Below, in pieces: positions 16,754 through 25,073 of a DNA stretch of 32,606 bases. The translations under genes were made by a program, and so were the position numbers. This DNA comes from a virus. Its lineage: Duplodnaviria > Caudoviricetes. The stretch is taken from positions 1-32,606 of the IMG/VR virus record IMGVR_UViG_3300014613_000065. One strand, written 5' to 3'. The notes beneath the pieces are model-generated. The model saw only the letters and a program-made list of their open reading frames with translations, did not search any database and was not told where the DNA came from. How positions within the stretch are numbered: position 1 is the stretch's first letter; each line of letters begins with the position of its first letter.

Positions 16754-17200
16754 ATGAGAGCCACAATCTATGTTGAGCCTCACGCCAAGGGCAGAGCAAA
16801 GGTCGGTATGTTCGGTGGCCATGCTACGATGTATACGCCCAAGAAGACCCGCCTTGCCGAGGCCGACATTAAGGCTTCTATCCGCAAGGATATTATGGAG
16901 CAGGAGAGATTTAACTCTGGTGAACCACTTGTGTTATGGGCTATATTCTATCGGCAGAAGCCACAGTCTGCTGCCAAGAAGCTAAAACAACCTATAGCAA
17001 GACCTGACCTCGATAATTATTTGAAAACCTTACTCGATGCGCTCAATAAGTTTGCCTACTCTGATGATTCCCAGATAGTAGAAATACACACTAAAAAAGC
17101 CTTTGCAGAGATAGGCACTCCACCTCGAATAGAGTTTACTTTAGATATAAAAGACGACAATCAAGGAGATGCCCTGTTCTTATGGGCCATGGGCGAGTAA
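16754..17200 (+). CDS. rusA: RusA family Holliday junction resolvase with a RuvC-derived tail
   Basis: RPDLDNYLKTLLDALN...DDSQIV; ends in DDNQGDALFLWAMGE. Confidence 0.9.
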   Translation: MRATIYVEPHAKGRAKVGMFGGHATMYTPKKTRLAEADIKASIRKDIMEQERFNSGEPLVLWAIFYRQKPQSAAKKLKQPIARPDLDNYLKTLLDALNKFAYSDDSQIVEIHTKKAFAEIGTPPRIEFTLDIKDDNQGDALFLWAMGE

Positions 17201-17246
17201 TGAATATAACCACCAGATATGAGATAACAGGGATACTGAGGTTAAA

Positions 17247-17477
17247 ATGCTGTTCGATAACATCCCAATAGATAAAATTGGCAAGGCTTTTGTTGACCTG
17301 GCTCAGTATCAATGGGAAAATTATGGCGAGATACTTCAGCGGCCCCCTGGTATGCTCGGGGAAGATACCATGCCATTGCCACCAGTCATCAACGCCCCGG
17401 ACTATGAAGAACTGGAGGAAATAAAGCTGGAGAAATTCATGCGGCAGAGGCCTCACCATCCGAAGAGGGTAAAATGA
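17247..17477 (+). CDS. Hypothetical protein
   Basis: RBS GAGG; ATGA overlap with the next gene. Confidence 0.5.
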   Translation: MLFDNIPIDKIGKAFVDLAQYQWENYGEILQRPPGMLGEDTMPLPPVINAPDYEELEEIKLEKFMRQRPHHPKRVK

Positions 17478-18364
17478 AGGCTGAAGAATTGGTAACACTT
17501 ATCAGAAAGCGCTATGCTACTGAGTCTAATGGTTACAATCCTTGTGTGGTTTTGGAGCAAGTGCCTGATGGAACCGGTTTATATCAAAGCCATTGGATTG
17601 ATGTAGCTACATTCCAGATGTGGGCTTCAAAGGGGCTTACTAGGTCGGCATTTGAAATAAAGGTTGCTCGGTCAGACCTTTTATCTGAGTTACAACACCC
17701 AGAAAAACATGCTTGGTGTAAGGAGTGCTTTCACTACTTTTGGTTTGTTGCCCCGAAGGATGTTATACAACTTGAAGAATTACCCGATGGTATAGGATGG
17801 ATGTATCCGAGAGGGCAGAAACTATATATTGCTAGGGCAGCCAAGTTCAACGATAAGCCTAAATTAGATGACCACCTATTAGCTGGCTTTCTGAGAGCAG
17901 CATACAAGGAAATTAAGCACTCAAAACAGGTTAATCTGGAGGAGGTGCTGACTACAAGTGACGCATACAAGAAGGCAAGTTCGTACATGGAAGCTACTCG
18001 TAAGTTCCTGGAAATAAGGGGCAATCCATTTTTTATACCAGATACAACTGAGAGCATAATTAATGCGCTAGAAGAAGCAACTTTTGATAAGCAATTGAAG
18101 CAAGATAGAGACCGCTTACTTACGGTAACAGGGCGATTTCAGCGAGATATAGCAGGCTTATTAAATCTATTCCTAGTTATCGCTAATAAGAGTTTATTGG
18201 CTAGAGATGAATTAGGGAAGTATATCGTTAGCGATTATGGGGGACATGACGAAGAAGGATTAGACGAACTGAAAAAAAGAGCAAGGGGAACAAAGGCAAC
18301 TACTTATGAGAGGCGATATGCCGAGTTGGTAGAGCTTTTATTGAATTGGGAAAAGTTAGGGTAA
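17474..18364 (+). CDS. PD-(D/E)XK nuclease-like protein (MmcB-like)
   Basis: IDV...AFEIKVARSDL...YFWFVAP...ELPDGIG. Confidence 0.65.
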   Translation: MKAEELVTLIRKRYATESNGYNPCVVLEQVPDGTGLYQSHWIDVATFQMWASKGLTRSAFEIKVARSDLLSELQHPEKHAWCKECFHYFWFVAPKDVIQLEELPDGIGWMYPRGQKLYIARAAKFNDKPKLDDHLLAGFLRAAYKEIKHSKQVNLEEVLTTSDAYKKASSYMEATRKFLEIRGNPFFIPDTTESIINALEEATFDKQLKQDRDRLLTVTGRFQRDIAGLLNLFLVIANKSLLARDELGKYIVSDYGGHDEEGLDELKKRARGTKATTYERRYAELVELLLNWEKLG

Positions 18365-18543
18365 TGAAGTAGATAGTGACATAGATTTATGAAAAGCACA
18401 TGCGAAAGATGCCCTTTTCGAGTAGACGCTAGGACTTGCCGATTACCTGTAGGCCCTCCATCGGGGAGTGTCAAGACGGCGAAAGAACACTACCGGAAAT
18501 ACTTCGGCCAGCCTTGCAAAAGATAATAATCGAGAGGTAGTAA

Positions 18544-18960
18544 ATGACGGATGGGGAATGGTTTGCGCCCAGGGAAATCAGGTTTAACAGACGAACAACT
18601 ATATGGCTACTTGAGAACCTGGAGACTCTTCAGTCCGGTATCTGGCCTCCAGAAGCAAGCAACTATATCGACACCAATATAAGAAAAAAGGGAGTCAGCC
18701 GCAGAGCTCCATCTGCAACACCTATAGAGTACGCGGCAGAAATTGAGCAGCGCTTGGAGCGAGCGGGGCTTGACGGTCTAATCTTGGAGGCCATCGAGTG
18801 CTGGGATAGAACTGCGGAATCCCTCTCCAAACAATTGAATATGGCTGAGTGGACAATCTCAAAAAGGCGGAAGCGAGCCTTGAGATTTGTTTCTGGATGG
18901 AGGCGGAAAGGTTCTTATAAAATATGGCAAAGTGGAAGGAATAAATCTATTGAATGCTAG
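18544..18960 (+). CDS. Putative late transcriptional regulator with C-terminal sigma4-like HTH
   Basis: TAESLSKQLNMAEWTISKRRKRALRFV HTH-like segment; position at the end of the early operon (Q/RinA/ArpU-like slot). Confidence 0.55.
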   Translation: MTDGEWFAPREIRFNRRTTIWLLENLETLQSGIWPPEASNYIDTNIRKKGVSRRAPSATPIEYAAEIEQRLERAGLDGLILEAIECWDRTAESLSKQLNMAEWTISKRRKRALRFVSGWRRKGSYKIWQSGRNKSIEC

Positions 18961-19358
18961 CACCTAATGGCTATTCGCTTGGAGGTATATGGGTGGCGAT
19001 GCAGAGATTTGGAATACCTCGTAGAACTAGAAGCGAGCGTGCAAGTGGAGAATTGCACTGGCGATGGCAAGGTGGTAGGAAAAAGCCTCGTAGCGGTTAT
19101 ATTCTACTGTATAGGCCCGACCATCCCAGAGCTGTGAAACGATATGTTCCTGAGCATATTTTGGTTTGGGAAGAGACTCACCACCAGTCTTTGCCAGATG
19201 GTTGGGAAGTTCACCACATTAACGGAATTAAGGATGATAACCGATCTAAAAATCTATTGGGTATGAGGAAAGGTAAGCATAGGCTGATAATACCAGAACT
19301 CCAAAAGCGAATTCAGCAATTGGAAGCTCAATTGAAAAGTCAAGGTCAATTACTTTGA
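18954..19358 (+). CDS. HNH endonuclease
   Basis: GYILLYRPDHPRA..YVPEHILVWE...EVHHINGIKDDNRSKNL. Confidence 0.9.
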   Translation: MLAPNGYSLGGIWVAMQRFGIPRRTRSERASGELHWRWQGGRKKPRSGYILLYRPDHPRAVKRYVPEHILVWEETHHQSLPDGWEVHHINGIKDDNRSKNLLGMRKGKHRLIIPELQKRIQQLEAQLKSQGQLL

Positions 19359-19493
19359 TGGCTTACAACTTCAAAGCGCAAAGGGTGAAACCTACCAGGA
19401 ATTTGAGGATAGGAAGAAGGAATCAGGCAAACCTACTCGAACCTGAATTCCTAAAATATAATTAAAAATAAAGCTAAAAAGCCTGTTTTACTA

Positions 19494-19532
19494 TTGACAA
19501 TGGCCTCTTAATGCTCTATAATAATTATAGAG
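19494..19532 (+). promoter_or_regulatory. Consensus sigma70 promoter with palindromic operator
   Basis: TTGACA-N17-TATAAT; A/T-rich UP region; CTCTATAAT-a-ATTATAGAG at 19514-19532. Confidence 0.85.
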
Positions 19533-19556
19533 ATTATAGAAGGGGGATAAAGGAAA

Positions 19557-19862
19557 ATGGGAAAATCAATCACTTGTAATTATGAGGTTCAGGTTCACAA
19601 TCCAGTAACGGATAGGTTACATCTTATAGGTGCTATGCGATTTAAGGAAGCTAAGGACAAGCTATTGAATGAGGCTCAGCGGCTAGGCTCAGAACTAGGT
19701 TATATCTGGCCACAAACAAAACTCGCAGAGCGCAAGATAAATAATATACCCTGGGTTACTAATCAAAAAGGCATTGACTACCTGAAAGTAACAATCTCAG
19801 TCAACACACCAGAGCGCAAGGTATACACACTATCAGGAGGAAGCTGCTCAAATGAGTGCTAA
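19557..19862 (+). CDS. Hypothetical protein
   Basis: First ORF after the promoter; purine-rich RBS. Confidence 0.5.
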   Translation: MGKSITCNYEVQVHNPVTDRLHLIGAMRFKEAKDKLLNEAQRLGSELGYIWPQTKLAERKINNIPWVTNQKGIDYLKVTISVNTPERKVYTLSGGSCSNEC

Positions 19863-19911
19863 ATTGATATTTTATAAGTTACCTGAAACAAGAGAGGAAG
19901 GAGGCAATACC

Positions 19912-20670
19912 ATGCTAAGAAAAGGCCTTATCATCTATGAATCAAAGGGAAGAGCCCAGGAATACTGCCCGCTTGCCCTCAACCTCTACCGTGGGTGCGC
20001 ACATTTTTGCCTATATTGTTATGCCCCGGATGCTACATTTATGGATACTGAAACTTTCAAGAAAGCAGTCCCCCGTGAAAACATTATCGAGAAACTGAAA
20101 AAAGATGCCCCGAAGGCTGCGGCGGATGGAGCCACCGGTAATATCCTTCTCTCATTCACATCAGATTGCTATCAGCCCATAAACGACATTCACCAGCTCA
20201 CACGCCAAGCTATAATCATACTTCACCGGCATGGCTTTAAGGTCACTATATTGACCAAAGGCGGACACAGGGCCATACAAGATTTCGACATTCTCGGCCC
20301 AGGCGACCAATTCGCCACCACGCTAACATTACTGGATGAAAAGCAATCCCTTGAATGGGAACCACAAGCGGCTATTCCAGTCGATAGAATCGAAACACTG
20401 AGGTATGCCCATGACCTCGGCATCGAGACATGGGTAAGCCTGGAGCCGGTTATCGACCCCGAAGTGACCCTTGAAATAATCAGGCAGACTCACACCTTCG
20501 TTGACCTGTTCAAGGTAGGCAAATTGAACTATAGTGAGAAACTTCCGGAGCCATACCGCTCCCAGGTAAAGGATATCGACTGGCGCAAGTTCGCCAAAGA
20601 TGTCACCGCTGTGCTGAACGAGTACGGTTGCCAGAGTTACATAAAGCAAGATTTAAGGAGGTATTTATGA
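19912..20670 (+). CDS. Radical SAM protein, spore-photoproduct-lyase-like (Rv2578c-type)
   Basis: LNLYRGCAHFCLYCYA (CxxxCxxC), SDCYQP, ILTKG, WVSLEPVI; RBS AGGAGG before ATG 19912. Confidence 0.85.
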   Translation: MLRKGLIIYESKGRAQEYCPLALNLYRGCAHFCLYCYAPDATFMDTETFKKAVPRENIIEKLKKDAPKAAADGATGNILLSFTSDCYQPINDIHQLTRQAIIILHRHGFKVTILTKGGHRAIQDFDILGPGDQFATTLTLLDEKQSLEWEPQAAIPVDRIETLRYAHDLGIETWVSLEPVIDPEVTLEIIRQTHTFVDLFKVGKLNYSEKLPEPYRSQVKDIDWRKFAKDVTAVLNEYGCQSYIKQDLRRYL

Positions 20671-20852
20671 ACGACAAGGCAGGAGGTACAACTAAGTTAA
20701 CTCCAGAGGATTTGAAGTTTGAAGAATGCCGACCTATTACTGATGAAACATGGTGGCAGCTCCGGGATGCTATGCGAGATATGATTCTTAGGCAATTCGG
20801 CATCCCGCCTGTAATTCTTGCGCAACAAAGGAGAGAAAGGAGGATGAAATGA
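20667..20852 (+). CDS. Hypothetical protein
   Basis: RBS AAGGAGGT; ATGA overlaps at both ends. Confidence 0.55.
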   Translation: MNDKAGGTTKLTPEDLKFEECRPITDETWWQLRDAMRDMILRQFGIPPVILAQQRRERRMK

Positions 20853-21223
20853 TGAAATTCATAGCCGTCGCAGCAAGTCTTACGAAGCCTGACTCCAATG
20901 GGGAAGCATTCTCGCTGGAGGCTCTACAGCAAATAACTGAACAATGCAAAGGTAAGCCTATCCATGTAAACTTTGACACCACTAAACCTCCTATTGGTAT
21001 TGTATCTAGTGGAAAAGTCATCGATGATAAGGTAGAAATTAAAGGGGAACTGTTCCCGTATGCTTATCCTAAGAATGGGTTTATTGTACCTGGCTACTCT
21101 GTTGAGAAAAGCTCTACCGAGAATAATGTACAGATTCACACAGACATAAAGCTGATGGATTTTGGGTTAACTCAAATGCCATCAGACCGTAATATCACAG
21201 AGATAAAAGAGGACGATACGTAA
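20849..21223 (+). CDS. Prohead-protease-fold paralogue lacking catalytic residues
   Basis: PDSNGEAFSLEAL...PIHVNFD..PPIG aligns by eye with PDSYGDIVDPGAF...SLFNHS..EPIG of 29481..30011. Confidence 0.55.
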   Translation: MMKFIAVAASLTKPDSNGEAFSLEALQQITEQCKGKPIHVNFDTTKPPIGIVSSGKVIDDKVEIKGELFPYAYPKNGFIVPGYSVEKSSTENNVQIHTDIKLMDFGLTQMPSDRNITEIKEDDT

Positions 21224-21235
21224 GGAGGTAACAGA

Positions 21236-21382
21236 ATGAGCGACAAAACATCAATCCAGGTAACCAAGGACACCAAGGACCGGCTGGATAAGGTCGGTAT
21301 GAAAACCGACACCTACGATGCCATTATTCAGAGGCTCCTGGACCAGATGGGCGTCAAGGGGAGAAAACGCAAGGCTGAATAA
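21236..21382 (+). CDS. 48-aa ribbon-helix-helix / antitoxin-like DNA-binding protein
   Basis: RBS AAGGAGGT; TSIQVTKDTKDRLDKVGMKTDTYDAIIQRLLD. Confidence 0.7.
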   Translation: MSDKTSIQVTKDTKDRLDKVGMKTDTYDAIIQRLLDQMGVKGRKRKAE

Positions 21383-21418
21383 AATCATGGGAGCGAATAG
21401 ATAGAAAGGAGGGACCTT

Positions 21419-21613
21419 ATGAGAGACCTTAAATGCAAGAAGTGCGGCAGGGTAATAATCCGTATTGGTGATGATAGCTGTATACAAGCAAGGAACGCAG
21501 TTGCGGAAAACATACAGGGCGGTGCCCCTCAACCTGGAGATATATGTAAAGTCATCTGCAAGTGTGGTTTTCATATTATAGGATTTACCTCTGATTATCT
21601 AATAGAGGGATAG
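21419..21613 (+). CDS. Small zinc-finger protein (Mu Com-like)
   Basis: DLKCKKCGR...ICKCG; RBS AGGAGG. Confidence 0.55.
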   Translation: MRDLKCKKCGRVIIRIGDDSCIQARNAVAENIQGGAPQPGDICKVICKCGFHIIGFTSDYLIEG

Positions 21614-21631
21614 ATTAAGGAGCTAGGCAAA

Positions 21632-21934
21632 ATGCTAGAGGATAAAATAAATTGCGAAACCTTGCTGAACCAATGTTATAGGCTATTAAATAGAGCTTAT
21701 AAACAGGCATATGGACAGGGCCAAGTCAAACCGTTGTTTCGGGTAGTACTAACACATGAGGAGATAATGGCACTCCGGCGCCATGTGGCCAATCTGCCAC
21801 CTGCAGAGAAGCTGTTCATAGGTATAGATAATCAGAAGATATTCGGGCACACCTTAGAGGGACAAAGAAGGACCCCATATCTGGCTAATATCGACCTGCC
21901 CGATGATGCCAAAAAGGTAGAAAGGAGGCTATAA
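21632..21934 (+). CDS. Hypothetical protein
   Basis: RBS AAGGAG; ORF track. Confidence 0.55.
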   Translation: MLEDKINCETLLNQCYRLLNRAYKQAYGQGQVKPLFRVVLTHEEIMALRRHVANLPPAEKLFIGIDNQKIFGHTLEGQRRTPYLANIDLPDDAKKVERRL

Positions 21935-22098
21935 TGAAATTTCAACGCATATTTGGGTTTTTTATCATAGCGTGTGCAATTACAGCGGCTATAACCGCCG
22001 CCATTTTGGGGGAGGTGAAAACGTACGTTTTCTACATCTGGCTCGCAGTTGTGATAATTTCCAGGCTACAAATTCTGTTCGATGACGCCAAAAAGTAG
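21934..22098 (+). CDS. 54-aa two-TM membrane protein
   Basis: Hand-translated MKFQRIFGFFIIACAITAAITAAILGEVKTYVFYIWLAVVIISRLQILFDDAKK; RBS AGGAGG. Confidence 0.6.
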   Translation: MKFQRIFGFFIIACAITAAITAAILGEVKTYVFYIWLAVVIISRLQILFDDAKK

Positions 22099-22103
22099 AC
22101 AAA

Positions 22104-22138
22104 AACCACGCTCAAAAAGGCGAACCACGCTCAAAAAG
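22104..22138 (+). repeat. 16-bp perfect direct repeat
   Basis: AACCACGCTCAAAAAG at 22104-22119 and 22123-22138. Confidence 0.9.
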
Positions 22139-22195
22139 TTTTTAGATACGAAAAATAGGGGCAAAATCCTTCTTTCAGGCTCAAAATAGGGGGTA

Positions 22196-22222
22196 TTGAC
22201 AAACTATGCTATAATGTAAGAT
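22196..22222 (+). promoter_or_regulatory. Candidate late promoter with non-standard spacing
   Basis: TTGACA 22196-201; TGcTATAAT 22207-15 (spacer 8); TAAGAT 22217-22 (spacer 15). Confidence 0.55.
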
Positions 22223-22233
22223 AGCGAAAGCGT

Positions 22234-22274
22234 ATGAGAAGAGCCCGGGATTAAACACCCCGGGTTTTTCTCAT
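22234..22274 (+). terminator. Terminator/attenuator hairpin upstream of the terminase genes
   Basis: ATGAGAAGAGCCCGGG / CCCGGGTTTTTCTCAT 16-bp stem (two G-U pairs) with a U-run. Confidence 0.7.
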
Positions 22275-22292
22275 TAAATTATCAGGACTGTA

Positions 22293-23339
22293 ATGACACA
22301 AAAACAGCATACAGATATTCAAAGAAAAATCAAGCTCCGGCAGCAACTCATCGAGAAACTTGGCAAGTTCACCGGGGCTATATATGTGCCGTTTATCGGA
22401 GAGGGTGATATAGCGGTCGCTCTATATAGTGATAATAAGATATATGGTGCCGATATTGACCCTGCTATGGTTGAGACAGCCAAAGCCCGGCTACCGGACG
22501 CCGAGATAATAACTGCCGACTGCGACAAATACCCCTTCAAGAAAAGTGTCGCAACTTTTAACCTGGCAGACTTTGACGCCTATAGTTACCCATATGATTC
22601 CTTTCGTTCCTTCTTTGAGACGGCTAAAATTGGCTCTCAGTGTGCCTTAATTTTTACAGACGGCCAAAGACAGGCGATTATACACACCGGTCACTATAGA
22701 ATGCCTGACGGAAAGAAGCAACATGCCAAAACAGTAACGGAAAAGCGCGATGTCTTTAACTTCTACTTCAATAAGACAATTCTGCCCTGGTTCAAGGACT
22801 ATATAAAGCCATGGCGTATATTATATATAACTAAATATCTCCGGGGTACCAATCAGATATACTGGGGAGCCATCATATCCAAGAACGGTAACGGCAAGAC
22901 TTTACATAATGGAAAAACAGGCGAGGTTGATAGTAACAAATGCAACGATATTAAAAAAGATGCTTACCTCGAATATATAAGAAACGGTCATACACGGGGA
23001 TATGCCGCAACCCTCACTGGCTTAAGCAGGGTAACGATATTCCGCCACATGAAGAAGGATGCGGAGTTTGCCGAGGCAGTCTCTGAGGCAGAGACCGACG
23101 CTATAGCGAAGGTAGAGAACGCCCTATATGAAGCGGCGACGTCCGGCAATGTTACCGCTATACAAGTCTTTCTATATAACAGGGACCCGAAGCGATGGAG
23201 CGACCGGAGAAACATCCAGATAGCCGGTGAAGGTGGTGGGCCGATAAAGGTGGAGCATGACCTATCTGACGAGCAGCTTACCGAAATTATCAATAGAAGC
23301 CGCGGCAGAGGAGCTACTAAAGAGGAGGCAAGCACGTAG
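22293..23339 (+). CDS. terS: SAM-methyltransferase-like domain fused to terminase small subunit
   Basis: YVPFIGEG..YGADID..ADFDAYSYP Rossmann motifs; C-terminal HTH (AATLTGLSRVTIFRHMKKDAEFAEA)...VENALY...AIQVFLYNRDPKRW...GEGGGPIKV. Confidence 0.75.
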   Translation: MTQKQHTDIQRKIKLRQQLIEKLGKFTGAIYVPFIGEGDIAVALYSDNKIYGADIDPAMVETAKARLPDAEIITADCDKYPFKKSVATFNLADFDAYSYPYDSFRSFFETAKIGSQCALIFTDGQRQAIIHTGHYRMPDGKKQHAKTVTEKRDVFNFYFNKTILPWFKDYIKPWRILYITKYLRGTNQIYWGAIISKNGNGKTLHNGKTGEVDSNKCNDIKKDAYLEYIRNGHTRGYAATLTGLSRVTIFRHMKKDAEFAEAVSEAETDAIAKVENALYEAATSGNVTAIQVFLYNRDPKRWSDRRNIQIAGEGGGPIKVEHDLSDEQLTEIINRSRGRGATKEEAST

Positions 23340-24669
23340 AAATCTCCTCCCATTCTGCCAATACACTATGCCGGACTATATACCTGCTCCACATCTCGGT
23401 TTGCTGGCTGAGAAGTTAGAGTCCATAGAGCGCGGTGACCTCAAGAGGCTAATCGCCATCATGCCACCCCGCCATGGTAAAAGTGAGCAGGTATCAAAGC
23501 GGTTCCCTTGCTGGTATTTGGGTAAGCATCCTGAGGCCGCAATAGTCGAGGCCGGATACGCTGAATCTATAGCCCTTACCCATTCAAGGCAAGCCCGTGA
23601 TGTATTCATCAGCCAGGAGATGGGCAATCTCTTTCCGCAGGTACACCATCGCCCAGAAAGGGCTGGTCAAATGGCCATTATCCCAGAACGTCAAGCAGCT
23701 CATGAATGGGGGACATGGAGTGGCGGCTCTTATTATGCCGTTGGCATCGGTGGCGGTCTTACAGGCAGGGGCTATGACATTGGCGTCATCGACGACCCTG
23801 TGAAAGACGAAGAAGAGGCAACGAGTTTAACTTATCGGGAACGAGCCTGGGACTGGTATCAGAAGGTATTTCGGACAAGGGCAGAACCGGACGCTGCTAT
23901 CATTGTGGTGATGACTCGGTGGCATGAAGATGACCTTGTGGGGCGTCTCTTGGAGCAGATGCGCAAAGACCCAACCTCCGACCAATGGGAAGTGCTGCAT
24001 CTATTGGCCATCAAAGACGGTCAAGCATTATGGCCAGCCCGCTACCCGCTCGAAGTGCTTGAGAAGACCCGTGCATCGATGGGAAGTCGAGCCTTTGAAT
24101 CACTATATCAAGGCAATCCCACAGTAGCCGAAGGACAAATAATAAAGCGGGAGTGGTGGAAATATTTCAGGGAGAAGCCCACGTTCACTAGGATGATACA
24201 TAGTTGGGATACAGCCTTCAAGGATAAGTCCCAGAATGATTACTCGGTTTGCACGGTATGGGGAGAGGCACTTAATGGATACTACCTGCTAGATGTATGG
24301 AGAGCAAAGGTAGAGTTCCCAGAACTAAAAAGAGCCGCCATAGCATTAGATGCAAGGGATAGTCCGAGTGCTGTAGCAGTAGAAGATAAGGCAAGTGGTC
24401 AGTCGCTTATTCAAGAGTTACGGCGGGATACTAAAATACCAGTCTTGCCCGTCAAGGTTGACATCAATAAAGTGGCTAGGGCAAACGCAATTACCCCACT
24501 AATAGAGGCTGGGAAGGTGTTCTTGCCTGAAAACGCCCCTTGGTTATTTGACTACATAGAAGAACTTTCCGCTTTTCCGAATGCGACACATGATGACCAG
24601 GTGGATAGTACAACCCAAGCCTTGTCATTTATGAGAGGGCCCCAGGGCAAGCCGTTCATGGTGGGATAA
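23257..24669 (+). CDS. terL: Terminase large subunit
   Basis: MPPRHGKS Walker A, IDDPVKD, MTRWHEDDL, SWDTA, EDKASG, HDDQVDS; exact start uncertain. Confidence 0.95.
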   Translation: MTYLTSSLPKLSIEAAAEELLKRRQARRNLLPFCQYTMPDYIPAPHLGLLAEKLESIERGDLKRLIAIMPPRHGKSEQVSKRFPCWYLGKHPEAAIVEAGYAESIALTHSRQARDVFISQEMGNLFPQVHHRPERAGQMAIIPERQAAHEWGTWSGGSYYAVGIGGGLTGRGYDIGVIDDPVKDEEEATSLTYRERAWDWYQKVFRTRAEPDAAIIVVMTRWHEDDLVGRLLEQMRKDPTSDQWEVLHLLAIKDGQALWPARYPLEVLEKTRASMGSRAFESLYQGNPTVAEGQIIKREWWKYFREKPTFTRMIHSWDTAFKDKSQNDYSVCTVWGEALNGYYLLDVWRAKVEFPELKRAAIALDARDSPSAVAVEDKASGQSLIQELRRDTKIPVLPVKVDINKVARANAITPLIEAGKVFLPENAPWLFDYIEELSAFPNATHDDQVDSTTQALSFMRGPQGKPFMVG

Positions 24670-24679
24670 GGAGGAATGG

Positions 24680-24901
24680 ATGAGGGTACTTAATATTGAG
24701 GATAGATGCAAAGCAGTTTCAGCGGGTATTGAGGCATGGAAAAAGGAAATCATAAAGCGTTCAGTGGACTGCGAACCTTTTGTACATAGTGCGCTTCTCG
24801 AAGCCCAGCATCGTCAGGATATAAAGGATTTCATAGTGATGTTAGAGAGTGGGCATAGTGTAGACTATATCATGGAATGTCTCAAGCAGTTAGTGGGATA
24901 A
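24680..24901 (+). CDS. Hypothetical protein
   Basis: RBS GGAGG; between terL and portal. Confidence 0.55.
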   Translation: MRVLNIEDRCKAVSAGIEAWKKEIIKRSVDCEPFVHSALLEAQHRQDIKDFIVMLESGHSVDYIMECLKQLVG

Positions 24902-25071
24902 TGGAACGAATTATATTAACCAAGCCAACAGAGATGCCTTCAAGGTTCAAGGCTTCTCCGACTATGCGAGTTCGTTTTGGCGACGGCAAAGCCATAGCGA
25001 TGAACCGCAAAGAGAGGCGGCGCAATCACCTGTATGGAGACCAACTCACGGTAAACCGGAGTAGGAGATAA
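24901..25071 (+). CDS. Small basic hypothetical protein
   Basis: TAATG coupling at 24901; MNRKERRR. Confidence 0.5.
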   Translation: MERIILTKPTEMPSRFKASPTMRVRFGDGKAIAMNRKERRRNHLYGDQLTVNRSRR

Positions 25072-25073
25072 TC

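Noticed and set aside
22104-22138. CRISPR-like repeat
   Set aside because: Only two 16-bp copies 3 bp apart, with no spacers or cas genes.
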